DNA of 64,000 nt, taken from assembly GCA_017450655.1 (NCBI GenBank), contig JAFSTD010000005.1, forward strand, positions 4,862-68,861. The letters are read 5' to 3'. Positions 17,816 through 28,570 of the stretch are shown piece by piece. This stretch comes from Bacteroidales bacterium. Lineage in GTDB: Bacteria > Bacteroidota > Bacteroidia > Bacteroidales > UBA932. The position numbers and the translations under genes were made by a program. Below the pieces are notes generated by a model, which had not been told where the DNA came from, did no database searches, and worked only from the letters and a program-made list of their open reading frames with translations. Position 1 is the first letter of the stretch. Every line of letters begins with the position of its first letter.

Positions 17816-19651
17816 ATGGCGGTATATTTCAGGAAAAAGAGCATTTTCATTATCGCGATTGCAGCGGTCTTTCTTGTAATAGCGATACGGCTTTTTTCAA
17901 TCCAGATAATTCATAAAGAATACCGAATTACGGCCGAGAACAATGCCCTGAAATATGAGACGCAATTCCCTGCAAGAGGCCGTATCATCGATCGCAACGG
18001 ACTGTCGATGGTAGACAACAAGATGGTCTACGACATTATGGTAACCCCTATCGAGGTTACCGCATTCGATACCCTTGCTCTCTGCAGAATCTTCGATCTG
18101 GATAAAGATTACGTTGTAAAGTGCTTCGAGGGGTACAAAAAGGACAGGAGAAAAATCGGATACGGATCAGTATATTTCCTGAAACACATCTCCAGCGAGC
18201 AGTACAACTATTTCGTGGAGCAGTCCTTCCATTTCCCGGGCTTCAGCGCCTCAATCAGATCTGCAAGGCAGTATCCTTACAATGCAGGCGGTAACCTGAT
18301 CGGATACGTATCGGAAGTGGATCAGAATTACATCAATAACAACGAAGGGTACAAGAGCGGCGACTATGCCGGCAAAACCGGAATAGAGCAGGCCTACGAG
18401 TCAAGGCTCCGCGGAGAAAAGGGCTATACCATCTACCTGCGCGATGCGCACAATCAGATAAAGGAGCACTACGAGAACGGCCAGTACGACAAGGAAGCCA
18501 TCGCCGGTGAAGATCTCAATACATCAATCGACGTTATTCTTCAGGCGTACGGCGAGGCGTTGATGAGAAACAAGGTGGGCTCTCTGGTCGCCATAGAACC
18601 TGCTACCGGCGAAGTTCTGACATTGATTTCCAGCCCGGGAATTGACGTCACCCAGCTTGATGAGATCAATAAGCACTACAGCGACCTTGTCAACAATCCT
18701 CTGAGGCCGATGTTCAACAGGACTGTGCAGTCCGTCCAGCCTCCGGGATCGGTTTTCAAGCTTGTAAACGGCTTGATAGCGCTTCAGGAAGGGGTTATCA
18801 CCGAGAATACGATGTATCCGTGCCACTCCGGTTTTACCGTGGGAAACCTTCACGTCGGATGTCACAGCCATCCTTCTCCTCTGAATCTGAAACAAGGCAT
18901 CATGATGTCCTGCAACAGCTACTTCTGCTATACGCTGAGGGCTATTCTGGACAACCCTAAATATAACAACGTGGAAGAAGCCCTCACCCAGTGGCACGAT
19001 TACGTGGAAAGCTTCGGTTTCGGATCCAAGCTCGGTTCCGACATCCCTTACGAACTGGGAGGCAATGTTCCTTCGGCTGAAACATACAACAAAATGTACG
19101 GCAAAGGAGGATGGAAATCACTGTCAGTTATTTCACTCTCCATAGGACAGGGAGAGTTCCAGGCGACCCCTCTTCATCTTGCCAACCTGTGCGCTACCGT
19201 AGCCAACAGAGGCTACTATTATACTCCCCACATCATCAGGGGAAGCGAAGACTATCCGCTTGACGAACAGTATTCTACCAGACACTACACGATGGTGGAT
19301 ACCTCCTACTTCCCCACTATTGTGGACGGTATGGAGATGGCAGTTTACGGTCAGGGCGGTACCGCTTCCGCCGCCAGAATCCCGGGAGTTGTGGTGTGCG
19401 GCAAGACCGGCACCGCTCAGAATCCGCACGGAGACGACCACTCCGTATTCATCTGCTTCGCGCCTAAGGACAATCCGCAGATTGCCGTCGCAGCATATAT
19501 CGAAAATGGAGGCTTTGGCGCCACATGGGCGGCTCCTATCGCTTCTCTTCTGATGGAGAAATATCTCAAGGGGGAGATTTCACCCGAGAGAAAATGGCAG
19601 GAACAGCGCGTAATGGAGGCCAATCTGTTAAACAAAGTAAGAGTCAAGTAA
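17816..19651 (+). CDS. mrdA: Penicillin-binding protein 2 (elongation-specific D,D-transpeptidase)
   Basis: N-terminal TM, SxxK (GSVFK), SxN (SCN) and KTG (KTGTA) motifs. Lies adjacent to rodA. Confidence 0.92.
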   Translation: MAVYFRKKSIFIIAIAAVFLVIAIRLFSIQIIHKEYRITAENNALKYETQFPARGRIIDRNGLSMVDNKMVYDIMVTPIEVTAFDTLALCRIFDLDKDYVVKCFEGYKKDRRKIGYGSVYFLKHISSEQYNYFVEQSFHFPGFSASIRSARQYPYNAGGNLIGYVSEVDQNYINNNEGYKSGDYAGKTGIEQAYESRLRGEKGYTIYLRDAHNQIKEHYENGQYDKEAIAGEDLNTSIDVILQAYGEALMRNKVGSLVAIEPATGEVLTLISSPGIDVTQLDEINKHYSDLVNNPLRPMFNRTVQSVQPPGSVFKLVNGLIALQEGVITENTMYPCHSGFTVGNLHVGCHSHPSPLNLKQGIMMSCNSYFCYTLRAILDNPKYNNVEEALTQWHDYVESFGFGSKLGSDIPYELGGNVPSAETYNKMYGKGGWKSLSVISLSIGQGEFQATPLHLANLCATVANRGYYYTPHIIRGSEDYPLDEQYSTRHYTMVDTSYFPTIVDGMEMAVYGQGGTASAARIPGVVVCGKTGTAQNPHGDDHSVFICFAPKDNPQIAVAAYIENGGFGATWAAPIASLLMEKYLKGEISPERKWQEQRVMEANLLNKVRVK

Positions 19652-21061
19652 ATGGCAAGCAGCAGTTCATCTTTAATACGCAGACTGGATTGGGTGCTGA
19701 TAGCGGTCACATTACTGCTTGTCGGCATCGGATGGATGAACATATACTCTGCAATCAACGTCGATGACAGGGCTGTATTCGACATTACGCAACGATACGG
19801 CATGCACTTGCTGTGGATTGGAATCTCCATTGTATTCGATGCACTGATTCTGTTTGCTATTCCCGAAAAGTTCTGGAGCGCTTTCTCTTGGTGGGGATAT
19901 ATTCTGATGCTTGCCACCCTTGTAGCCGTTCTGGTGATCGGTACGGAGATCAAAGGCTCTAAATCCTGGATTAATCTGGGAATGGTCAACATCCAGCCTG
20001 CAGAATTCTCCAAAATAACCACCTCTCTTGCACTCGCGCTTGCGATGAGCAAGTACGGCTTCAACTTCAGGAACTTCAGGGACGGGGCCACGGCTTTTGC
20101 TCTGATGCTTCTTCCCATCGCTCTGATTCTGCTGGAAAAAGAGACCGGACTGGCATTGGTTTACATTGCATTCCTCTTCGTATTCTTCAGGGAGGGAATG
20201 TCCGGATGGCTTATCCTTCTTGGGGCGCTGGCGATTCTGCTGTTCGTAATAACGCTGGCCTATTCTCCGTTTATCGCTCTGCTTACTGCCCTGGGAATAA
20301 TCTGGACGCTGATTGTGATTGAAAGTAAAGAATCCAACCTATGGCTTCTGGTGGTTGCCGCCGCCATCGCATTGCTCTCTTTCTTGCCGAAACTGCTGGC
20401 CATTGAGGCCATATCGAATATCATCCACTTCAGTCCGTTTGAGATTCTCGCCATTATCGTAGCGACAGTCTCAGTATATCTGATTGTGAGAGAAATTCTC
20501 CGCAATCCGAGGAGCAAGTTTATGAGGAACGCTCTTCTGAGCCTCATCTGTTTTATCGGACTGATCTATTCCGTAGAATTCTTGTTTGACAAAGTGCTGC
20601 AAGACCACCAAAGAGCTAGAATAGAGGTGCTCCTCGGTATCAGGGAAGATCCTTCGGGAGTGGGATACAACGTGCACCAGTCCATGGTGGCAATCGGCTC
20701 GGGAGGCTTGACGGGAAAGGGCTATCTCAACGGGACCCAAACCCGGTTCAACTTCGTCCCGGAGCAAGAGACCGACTTCATATTCTGTACTATCGGTGAA
20801 GAATGGGGACTCCTGGGGGCATTGTTCCTCCTCATTCTCTACTTTTTCATAATAACGCGAGTGATTAATTCTGCAGAAAAGAACAAGAACAATTTTACGA
20901 GAATCTACGGATACTGCGTGGCGATGTGCATTGCCGTCCACGTGGTAATAAACCTCTCGATGACTATAGGGCTGATGCCAGTGATAGGAATTCCTCTGCC
21001 GTTTCTCAGTTATGGAGGTTCACACTTTTGGCATTCTCCATACTTTTGTTTATTTTCATAA
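19652..21061 (+). CDS. rodA: SEDS-family peptidoglycan polymerase RodA; 3' end appears frameshifted (repaired end at 21084)
   Basis: FtsW/RodA/SpoVE pattern throughout. After ...IPLPFLSYGGS the track frame reads HFWHSPYFCLFS*. The adjacent frame from about 21025 reads LLAFSILLFIFIRLDAERK* (stop 21082..21084), which is the canonical SEDS C-terminus. Confidence 0.9.
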   Translation: MASSSSSLIRRLDWVLIAVTLLLVGIGWMNIYSAINVDDRAVFDITQRYGMHLLWIGISIVFDALILFAIPEKFWSAFSWWGYILMLATLVAVLVIGTEIKGSKSWINLGMVNIQPAEFSKITTSLALALAMSKYGFNFRNFRDGATAFALMLLPIALILLEKETGLALVYIAFLFVFFREGMSGWLILLGALAILLFVITLAYSPFIALLTALGIIWTLIVIESKESNLWLLVVAAAIALLSFLPKLLAIEAISNIIHFSPFEILAIIVATVSVYLIVREILRNPRSKFMRNALLSLICFIGLIYSVEFLFDKVLQDHQRARIEVLLGIREDPSGVGYNVHQSMVAIGSGGLTGKGYLNGTQTRFNFVPEQETDFIFCTIGEEWGLLGALFLLILYFFIITRVINSAEKNKNNFTRIYGYCVAMCIAVHVVINLSMTIGLMPVIGIPLPFLSYGGSHFWHSPYFCLFS

Positions 21062-21112
21062 GACTGGACGCAGAAAGAAAATAGAATAATATATAACTAA
21101 ACAATAACAACT

Positions 21113-23923
21113 ATGTCACTAAACTTTGCAGACAGACACAACGGACCTCGCGAGCATCAGATTAAGGAGATGCTGGGTGTCCTTGGCGTCAAAACAATGG
21201 ACGAATTGGTCCGCCAGACAGTGCCTGAAGACATACTTCTGGACAAGCCTCTCGCTTTGGGAAAAGCTATGAGCGAACACGAGTATCTTTCAGAACTTAA
21301 AAAGATCGCAGCCAAGAATAAGAACTTCCGTTCTATGATAGGAATGGGATATTACGGGACAGCTTCTCCGGCAGTCATTACTCGCAATATCTTTGAGAAT
21401 CCTTCCTGGTACACTTCTTATACACCTTATCAGGCAGAAATATCTCAGGGTCGTCTGGAAGCGCTGTTCATTTTCCAGACAATGATCTCTTCACTGACGG
21501 GATTCGGGCTTGCAAACTGCTCAATGCTTGATGACGCCACAGCCGCTGCAGAGGCGATGAGAATGCTCTACAACCTCCGTTCAAGAGACGCCGTCAAGGA
21601 GGGTCGCAACCTGTTCTTCGTTGACGAAAACGTATTCCCTCAGGTTCTGTCGGTCATCAAAACCAGATCGAGAGGACTTGGCATCGAGGTCGTAACAGGC
21701 AATTACAACGATTTCAAATTTGACAACAGATGCTTCGGCGCTTTCGTACAGTTCCCTGCTGCAAACGGTGAAGTACGTGATTATGCTGCATTCTGCGACA
21801 AAGCTCACGCAGCAGGTGCGCTGGTGGCCGCTTACTGCGACTTGCTGGCGCTGGCTCTCTATGCAGAGCCTGCAAGTTGGGGAGCTGACGTGGCAGTAGG
21901 TACTGCGCAGAGATTCGGCCTCCCTATGGGCTTCGGCGGACCTACCGCCGGTTTTATGGCATCCAAGGATGATTACAAGAGACAATTGCCGGGCAGAATC
22001 ATCGGAGCATCCGTTGACAGACTCGGAAATACAGCTTACAGACTTGCCCTTCAGACCCGTGAACAGCATATCAAACGCGAACACGCCACTTCAAATATCT
22101 GTACAGCTACAGCTTTGATGGCAACGATGACTGGTATGTTTGCTGTTTGGCATGGTCCGGAAGGGATAAAATCAATTGCCGCAAATGCCTACAAGCATTC
22201 GCACAGAGTGGCAAATGCACTCAAAACAAAAGGGTATAAACTCGTCTGCGACAATTTCTTTGACACCATTGAAATAGCCGGCGCAAATGTTTCTGAGATC
22301 CACTCACGCGCACTGGCCGCAGGATTCAACTTCTTCTATACAGAGAATGGAAACGTCAGAATCAGCTTTGACGAACTCTCATGCTGCAAAGAAGACAAAC
22401 TCATAGAGGAGATCTTCGGCGCTGCCGGCGACAGCTGCGCTGACGTTGCCGCTCCTTCATTCATGACCCGCAAGAGCGGTATTCTCGAGGCTGACGTATT
22501 CAGCAGCCATCATTCGGAGACTGCCATGATGCGTTTCATAAAGAAGCTGGAGCGCAGAGACGTGTCCCTGACCCAGAGCATGATTCCTCTCGGATCCTGC
22601 ACTATGAAGCTGAACGCCGCAGTTGAGATGATTCCTCTATCATGGAGTGAATTCGGCAACGTTCACCCGTTCGCTCCTTCAGATCAGGTGGAGGGAACCC
22701 TTCAGGTTATCAAAGACCTTGAGCATGACCTTGCAGTAATCACCGGTTTCGACGCTTGCTCTCTTCAGCCGAACAGCGGCGCCGCAGGAGAATATGCAGG
22801 TCTTCTCACAATCCGCAACTATCTGCTCGCAAACGGCGGAGAGAACAGAAACGTGATGATCCTCCCTACTTCGGCTCCCGGAACCAACCCTGCTTCGGCA
22901 GCAATGGCCGGATTCCAGATTGAACTGGTAGGCTGTGACGACAATGGAAACATCAAGGTTGACGAACTCCGCGAAAAAGCGGAAGCAGCCGGAAGCGCAC
23001 TTGCCGGAATAATGATCACATACCCTTCTACACACGGTGTATTCGAGGTGAAAATCAGGGAGATCGTGGACATTATCCACAGCAACGGAGGTCTGGTTTA
23101 CATGGACGGCGCGAATATGAACGCTCAGTGCGGACTCACAAATCCGGGATTCATCGGAGCTGACGTATGTCACCTGAATCTGCACAAAACCTTCGCAATG
23201 CCTCACGGCGGTGGCGGTCCGGGCGTAGGTCCTATCTGCTGTACCGCAAAACTGAAACCTTATCTGCCGGGTCACCCTGTAGTTGAGAAGTGCGGAGGCA
23301 AGGGAATCACTGCAGTAGCTGCCGCTCCTTACGGTTCACCGCTGCTCCTCCCTATCACCCACGCATACATCAAACTTCTCGGAGAAGAAGGACTTCGCAA
23401 GACTACGGAGATCGCCATTCTCAATGCAAACTATATGTCCGCAAGACTCTATCCTGAACTCAAGACTCTTTACACCGGAGCCACAGGACGTGTTGCCCAC
23501 GAATGCATCATTGATCTTAGGGAATTCAAAGCAACCTACGGAGTTGACGCCACCGACGTTGCCAAGAGACTTATGGACTTCGGATTCCACGCTCCGACAC
23601 TCAGCTTCCCTGTTCACGAGACTCTTATGATAGAGCCTACCGAGAGTGAGCCGCTGGAGGAACTCGAAAGATTCATAGATACCCTCAAATGCATCGTTAA
23701 AGAGTGCGAAGAGATAAAGAACGGCACCGCAGATCCTGAGGACAACGTAATCAGGATGTCTCCTCACACTGCAGACGAAGTTTGCTCGGATAACTGGAAC
23801 CACAAATACAGCCGCGAAAAAGCAGCGTTCCCTCTTGACTGGGTACGTGAAAACAAATTCTGGCCTTACGTTGCCCGCGTAGACAATGGCTACGGCGACA
23901 GAAACCTGGTTTCAAAACTCTAG
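21113..23923 (+). CDS. gcvP: Glycine dehydrogenase (decarboxylating), single-chain P protein
   Basis: 936 aa with PLP-lysine region CHLNLHKTFAMPHGGGGPG. No gcvT or gcvH adjacent. Confidence 0.95.
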   Translation: MSLNFADRHNGPREHQIKEMLGVLGVKTMDELVRQTVPEDILLDKPLALGKAMSEHEYLSELKKIAAKNKNFRSMIGMGYYGTASPAVITRNIFENPSWYTSYTPYQAEISQGRLEALFIFQTMISSLTGFGLANCSMLDDATAAAEAMRMLYNLRSRDAVKEGRNLFFVDENVFPQVLSVIKTRSRGLGIEVVTGNYNDFKFDNRCFGAFVQFPAANGEVRDYAAFCDKAHAAGALVAAYCDLLALALYAEPASWGADVAVGTAQRFGLPMGFGGPTAGFMASKDDYKRQLPGRIIGASVDRLGNTAYRLALQTREQHIKREHATSNICTATALMATMTGMFAVWHGPEGIKSIAANAYKHSHRVANALKTKGYKLVCDNFFDTIEIAGANVSEIHSRALAAGFNFFYTENGNVRISFDELSCCKEDKLIEEIFGAAGDSCADVAAPSFMTRKSGILEADVFSSHHSETAMMRFIKKLERRDVSLTQSMIPLGSCTMKLNAAVEMIPLSWSEFGNVHPFAPSDQVEGTLQVIKDLEHDLAVITGFDACSLQPNSGAAGEYAGLLTIRNYLLANGGENRNVMILPTSAPGTNPASAAMAGFQIELVGCDDNGNIKVDELREKAEAAGSALAGIMITYPSTHGVFEVKIREIVDIIHSNGGLVYMDGANMNAQCGLTNPGFIGADVCHLNLHKTFAMPHGGGGPGVGPICCTAKLKPYLPGHPVVEKCGGKGITAVAAAPYGSPLLLPITHAYIKLLGEEGLRKTTEIAILNANYMSARLYPELKTLYTGATGRVAHECIIDLREFKATYGVDATDVAKRLMDFGFHAPTLSFPVHETLMIEPTESEPLEELERFIDTLKCIVKECEEIKNGTADPEDNVIRMSPHTADEVCSDNWNHKYSREKAAFPLDWVRENKFWPYVARVDNGYGDRNLVSKL

Positions 23924-23944
23924 AAAGAGTATCACAATAAAAAA

Positions 23945-23968
23945 GGCCGGAACATTCCGGCCTTTTTT
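23945..23968. terminator. Bidirectional Rho-independent terminator between gcvP and pgk
   Basis: AAAA-GGCCGGAA-CA-TTCCGGCC-TTTTTT. An A-run and a T-run flank a GC-rich 7-8 bp stem. Confidence 0.8.
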
Positions 23969-23984
23969 ATATTTAGTTACTTGC

Positions 23985-25238
23985 TCATTCTCTGATTGCA
24001 GCGATACCTGGAAGGGTCTTACCCTCAAGATATTCCAACATGGCGCCACCGCCTGTAGATACGTAGCTTACCTTGTCGGCAAATCCCATCTGGGTAACTG
24101 CCGCAACTGAGTCGCCGCCGCCTACGAGGGTGAAGCAACCTTTCTGAGTCGCCTCTGCAAGCATTGTAGCCATCAATTTCGTACTTCCGGCGAATTTGTT
24201 TACCTCAAATACACCGAGAGGTCCGTTCCAAAGGATAGCCTTTGAACCCATAATCATGTCTCTCCATTTCTCGACTGATTCAGTTGAAGCGTCGACACCC
24301 TCCCAACCGTCAGGGATATTGTCGTTAGGAACGATTTGAGTGTTAGCGTCCTCACCGAATTTGTCTGCTACCATTACGGTTCTATAGAGGTCAAGGTCAA
24401 TTCCTTTTGACTGAGCTTTTTTCATGATAGCCTTTGCTACGTCGATCTGGTCATCTTCGCAGATTGACTTTCCGATGTGACCGCCGAGAGCCTTGATGAA
24501 TGTATACACCATACCGCCGCAGATAATCAAGTTGTCAACTCTGTCGAGAAGATTCTCGATGATGGCAATCTTTGAAGAAACTTTGGCGCCACCGATGATT
24601 GCAGTAAGCGGGCGTGGAGGGTTGTTCAGGACTGTGTCAATGGCCTTGATTTCGCCTTCCATAAGATATCCGAACATCTTGTCGTTAGGGAAGTAAGAAG
24701 CTATGAGAGCTGTAGATGCATGTGCGCGGTGAGCAGTTCCGAATGCGTCATTGATGTAGCAGTCTGCATAAGAAGCAAGAGTCTTCACAAATTCTTTCTG
24801 GCTCTCTTTAACTTTTGCTTTGGCAGCTTTCTTCTCCTCGTCGGTAGCATCTTCTTTCAATCCTCTCGGCTTACCCTCTTCTTCTGCATAGAAACGAAGG
24901 TTTTCAAGGAGCAGAACCTCACCCGGTTTCAAAGCGGCAGCCTGGGCGCCAGCTTTGGCACAGTCATCTGCAAATTGAACCTTAGTGCCAAGATGCTTTT
25001 CAACGCGGCCGATAATGTGCTTTAATGAGAGTTTCGGATCAACACCTTTTGGTCTGCCAAGGTGGGACATGATGATAAGAGAGCCTCCCTTTTCCAATAC
25101 CTTCTTGAGTGTAGGGATGGCGGCGCGGATACGGGTATCATCTGTAATCTCGAATTTTTCATTAAGAGGAACGTTGAAATCTACCCTTACAATGGCCTTC
25201 TTGCCACTAAAATCATAATTTGAAATGTTTTGTTGCAT
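23985..25238 (-). CDS. pgk: Phosphoglycerate kinase
   Basis: Full-length Pgk pattern ([22 protein letters not shown]...STGGGA). Confidence 0.95.
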   Translation of the reverse strand: MQQNISNYDFSGKKAIVRVDFNVPLNEKFEITDDTRIRAAIPTLKKVLEKGGSLIIMSHLGRPKGVDPKLSLKHIIGRVEKHLGTKVQFADDCAKAGAQAAALKPGEVLLLENLRFYAEEEGKPRGLKEDATDEEKKAAKAKVKESQKEFVKTLASYADCYINDAFGTAHRAHASTALIASYFPNDKMFGYLMEGEIKAIDTVLNNPPRPLTAIIGGAKVSSKIAIIENLLDRVDNLIICGGMVYTFIKALGGHIGKSICEDDQIDVAKAIMKKAQSKGIDLDLYRTVMVADKFGEDANTQIVPNDNIPDGWEGVDASTESVEKWRDMIMGSKAILWNGPLGVFEVNKFAGSTKLMATMLAEATQKGCFTLVGGGDSVAAVTQMGFADKVSYVSTGGGAMLEYLEGKTLPGIAAIRE

Positions 25239-25260
25239 TTTATCGTATAATGTTAAGTTA

Positions 25261-26205
25261 TTATTCTAATCCTGAAGCCTTTCTCTTTGAGCGGGACATC
25301 CTCTGCGACTTGTCGAGCGGCTTTTTCTCTTTCTCCACAACCGGCCTTGTCTCTATCAGCATAGGCTGTTTCTTCCTGTAACTGTATATGAGAATGAGAA
25401 TGCCCAGAAGGATGAACGGAATACTCAAAAGCTGGCCCATATTCAAAAACAGCTTTGATTCGAACGCTACCTGGTCATTCTTTATGAATTCTATCAAGAA
25501 CCTCATTCCGAAAAGAACAATCAGGAAAACTCCGAAGATCCAACCTTTGTATATCTTGTCAGATTTCTTGAAGTACACCCAAAGGAGAATCAATCCCAGA
25601 ATCAGGTATGACAAAGCTTCATAAATCTGAGTAGGGTGACACGCTACACCGTCCGGAGGATACACTGCAGGGCCGTAGGTGCTGATCCATTCGTGAGAGC
25701 GGAGGAATTTGAAACCCCAAGGCAAACCGGTCGGTCCTCCGAAAATCTCCGAGTTGAACAGGTTGCCCAGTCGGATGAACATTCCTGCAAAGCAGACAGC
25801 TATTACAAACCTGTCAAAAACCCACATCACATCGAAACCGTTTGGCTTGCCATACTTTGAAGCGTAATAGAAAAGACAGATTATCAATGCTATGGCGCCA
25901 CCGTGGCTTGCCAGACCTCCTTCCCATACTTTCAGAATCTCAACCGGATGGGAGAGATAATACTGCGGCTCATAAAACAGGCAGTGTCCCAGACGGGCCC
26001 CCACTATGGTTCCGATCAATGCAATGTAAAGAAGCGGCTCGAGCAGGGCGGGATTAACGCCTTCCCTCTTGTAGAATCGCTCCATAAGATAATATCCCAA
26101 AGGAAAACCTGCGATAAAGAGTAAAGAATAGTACCTGATAGCTACGGGTCCTATTTTTACCAGTATCGGATTAATGTCCCAAATGACGGATAGGAAGGAT
26201 TGCAT
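25261..26205 (-). CDS. lgt: Prolipoprotein diacylglyceryl transferase
   Basis: Polytopic Lgt pattern ([40 protein letters not shown]), with a basic C-terminal extension. Confidence 0.9.
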   Translation of the reverse strand: MQSFLSVIWDINPILVKIGPVAIRYYSLLFIAGFPLGYYLMERFYKREGVNPALLEPLLYIALIGTIVGARLGHCLFYEPQYYLSHPVEILKVWEGGLASHGGAIALIICLFYYASKYGKPNGFDVMWVFDRFVIAVCFAGMFIRLGNLFNSEIFGGPTGLPWGFKFLRSHEWISTYGPAVYPPDGVACHPTQIYEALSYLILGLILLWVYFKKSDKIYKGWIFGVFLIVLFGMRFLIEFIKNDQVAFESKLFLNMGQLLSIPFILLGILILIYSYRKKQPMLIETRPVVEKEKKPLDKSQRMSRSKRKASGLE

Positions 26206-26228
26206 TTCGACGCAGTTTTTTCAATTTG

Positions 26229-26236
26229 CAAAAGTA
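26229..26236 (-). promoter_or_regulatory. -7 promoter box TACTTTTG
   Basis: Perfect TAnnTTTG, 23 nt upstream of the lgt ATG. Confidence 0.4.
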
Positions 26237-26278
26237 ATTATTTTTATTATCTTTAATGTCTCTATCTGAAGAATATTT

Positions 26279-27205
26279 ATGATAATAGAGCAACCGTCAT
26301 TCCTCTGGAATGATTACGAATTAATCGACAGCGGAGATTTCTCAAAACTTGAGAGATTCGGCAAATACATAATGATTCGTCCCGAGCCTAAAGCGCTATG
26401 GCACAAGAGCATGTCAGACGACGAATGGCTGAAGCAGGCCCATACCGAGTTTAAGCCGGGCGCCGGTTTCGGAAAAGCCGGCAAGGAAGATTCCGGCTCA
26501 TGGAACATGCTCTCAAAGATGCAGGAACAATGGGTCATCGGATATCCGAACGTACCTTTCAGTCTGAGACTCGGCCTTACCTCTTTCAAACACGTCGGAG
26601 TCTTCCCCGAACAATCTCCAAACTGGGATTATATCTTCAAAACCACTAAAGAGTGCGCGGCAAAATGCCCGGAAAACGTAAAGCCCAAGGTTCTCAATCT
26701 GTTTGCATACACCGGAGCCGCCTCGCTCGCAGCTTGCACCGCCGGGGCTGACGTAACGCATCTGGATTCTGTAAAACAAGTGGTCACCTGGGCTCGTACC
26801 AACATGGAACTCAGTCACTTGGACGGCATCAGATGGATTGTGGAGGATGCTCTGAAATTCGTAAAAAGAGAGGTACGCAGAGGAAACAAGTACCAGGGAA
26901 TCATTCTCGATCCTCCTGCATACGGGCACGGACCTGACGGGGAAAAATGGAAACTGGACGAATGCCTTTTCGAGCTTCTGACCGGAGTGGCCCAGCTGGT
27001 TGCTCCTGACAACAGCTTCATGGTGCTCAACCTCTATTCCAACGGGTACTCTGCAGTTCTGGCAGACACCCTTGTACGAAGCGCTTTCGGATTCGGCAAG
27101 AATCTTCCAAAGGGGACTTCTCTGGAGTACGGCGAACTCGTCCTCCGCGACAGCTTTGGAAAAGCGTTGCCGCTGAGCGTATTCTCAAGACTGAGGAGAG
27201 GTTAA
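26279..27205 (+). CDS. Class I SAM-dependent methyltransferase (RlmI/RlmK-like, PF10672-type)
   Basis: Motif I NLFAYTGAAS and motif IV ILDPPAYG. Substrate not assignable from sequence. Confidence 0.7.
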   Translation: MIIEQPSFLWNDYELIDSGDFSKLERFGKYIMIRPEPKALWHKSMSDDEWLKQAHTEFKPGAGFGKAGKEDSGSWNMLSKMQEQWVIGYPNVPFSLRLGLTSFKHVGVFPEQSPNWDYIFKTTKECAAKCPENVKPKVLNLFAYTGAASLAACTAGADVTHLDSVKQVVTWARTNMELSHLDGIRWIVEDALKFVKREVRRGNKYQGIILDPPAYGHGPDGEKWKLDECLFELLTGVAQLVAPDNSFMVLNLYSNGYSAVLADTLVRSAFGFGKNLPKGTSLEYGELVLRDSFGKALPLSVFSRLRRG

Positions 27206-28059
27206 ATCTTAATCCACTCTATTTCGATACCTTTGCGTTCCATCCCGCGGAACCATGTCATCTGTCTTTTGGCGAACTGATGAATCGCCGTCTGCAGGTT
27301 CCCACGCATCTGATCATAGCTTAAAACACCTGTCAGATAGAGCGTTACGAATTTGTATTCCAGACCGTAATAGATCAGGTCAACGGCGGGGACGCCGCTG
27401 TCCAGAAGGCGTTGCACCTCTTCCACCATACCTTCTTTGAGCCTTGCGTCAAGACGTGCGTCTATACGGGCATTCCGCTCGTCTCTGTCGACCGAGATAC
27501 CGATGTATTTTGTCTTCTTAGGGAGGAAGGCGCTTCGGGATACCGGGTGCTCCGATTCGTAAATGGCGATTTCAAGGGCGCGGATCAGGCGCTTGCGAGT
27601 GTCGTAATCGGTAGAATTGTGAAGACTTTTCAGCGATGCGAGGCGGGCAATCAGTTCTTCATCGCTCTGCTTCTCCAGCTCCTCTCTCAGCGCAGGGTCG
27701 GGAGGAACCTCTGGAAGAGAATAGCCACACGTGGCAGCTTCGATGTACAAGCCGCTCCCTCCGCAGAGAATGGCCCTCTTTCCCCTCTCTATTATTGATT
27801 TGTACGCTTTCTCGAAGTCACGCTGATACTCGAAGATATTGTATTTCGTGCCGGCGTCCACAATGTCGATGAGGTGATAGGGTATCCGACCGTATTCTCC
27901 CAGATCTTTACCTGTGCCTATATCCATTCCACGATATACCTGACGGGAATCGGCTGAGAGAATTTCAGCGTCGAGCTCTCCGGCAAGCTGCACTGCGTAG
28001 CGGGTTTTGCCCGAAGCTGTCGGGCCGAGGATACATATCAGGTCGTATTCTTCGTACAT
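27202..28059 (-). CDS. miaA: tRNA dimethylallyltransferase
   Basis: P-loop GPTASGKT, ADSRQVYRGMDIGT, and length. Confidence 0.93.
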   Translation of the reverse strand: MYEEYDLICILGPTASGKTRYAVQLAGELDAEILSADSRQVYRGMDIGTGKDLGEYGRIPYHLIDIVDAGTKYNIFEYQRDFEKAYKSIIERGKRAILCGGSGLYIEAATCGYSLPEVPPDPALREELEKQSDEELIARLASLKSLHNSTDYDTRKRLIRALEIAIYESEHPVSRSAFLPKKTKYIGISVDRDERNARIDARLDARLKEGMVEEVQRLLDSGVPAVDLIYYGLEYKFVTLYLTGVLSYDQMRGNLQTAIHQFAKRQMTWFRGMERKGIEIEWIKI

Positions 28060-28063
28060 ATAA

Positions 28064-28071
28064 CAAAGTTA
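28064..28071 (-). promoter_or_regulatory. -7 promoter box TAACTTTG abutting the miaA start
   Basis: Perfect TAnnTTTG only 4 nt upstream of ATG 28059, which implies a leaderless or near-leaderless transcript if it is used. Confidence 0.35.
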
Positions 28072-28091
28072 TAAAATACAGCGAATAATAC

Positions 28092-28099
28092 TATCTTTG
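28092..28099 (+). promoter_or_regulatory. -7 promoter box TATCTTTG
   Basis: Perfect TAnnTTTG, 21 nt upstream of the smpB ATG at 28121. The track's TTG start at 28097 lies inside this box. Confidence 0.45.
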
Positions 28100-28120
28100 T
28101 CGCACAACTTACTCGGTATT

Positions 28121-28570
28121 ATGCCAAAAGCAAAGAGCAAAATAGAGATCAAAAACAAAAAGGCCTCTTTCGAGTACGAGTTCCTGGAGCATCTTACTGC
28201 GGGCATCGTTCTCAGCGGGACCGAGATAAAGTCCATAAGGGCCGGCAAGGCATCTCTTGTGGACAGTTACTGCTATTTTGTGGGCAACGAACTCTTTGTA
28301 AAGAATATGAACGTCTCTGAATATTGGTGGGGTACCGTCAATCGTCACGACCCGAGAAGAGACCGCAAGCTTCTACTCACCAAAAGGGAGCTGCGGAAGT
28401 TGCAAAGGGCAGTAAAAGAAAAAGGCCTGACGATAGTCGCCACGCGCCTTTTTATTTCCGAGAATGGCTATGCGAAACTCAACATCGCACTCGCAAAAGG
28501 TAAACGCGAGTTTGACAAGAGGGAAAGCATAAAAGAGAAAGATATGCGGAGATATAACCCGGAAGGTTAA
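28121..28570 (+). CDS. smpB: SsrA-binding protein
   Basis: Typical SmpB N-terminus ([22 protein letters not shown]) and basic C-terminal tail. Confidence 0.93.
   Translation: MPKAKSKIEIKNKKASFEYEFLEHLTAGIVLSGTEIKSIRAGKASLVDSYCYFVGNELFVKNMNVSEYWWGTVNRHDPRRDRKLLLTKRELRKLQRAVKEKGLTIVATRLFISENGYAKLNIALAKGKREFDKRESIKEKDMRRYNPEG

Noticed and set aside
21062-21112. Possible glycine riboswitch upstream of gcvP, and likewise at 50538-50652 upstream of kbl.
   Set aside because: With the repaired rodA end, the gcvP spacer is only about 28 nt. The kbl spacer holds two promoter boxes and none of the conserved glycine-aptamer core. Both are too short or too AT-rich for the tandem aptamer.
23886-23923. 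Possible truncation of the gcvP C-terminus (ends ...GDRNLVSKL, whereas many homologues continue with a Cys-containing tail).
   Set aside because: Neither alternative frame past the stop gives a homologous continuation, and a strong terminator follows immediately. This is most likely the natural end.
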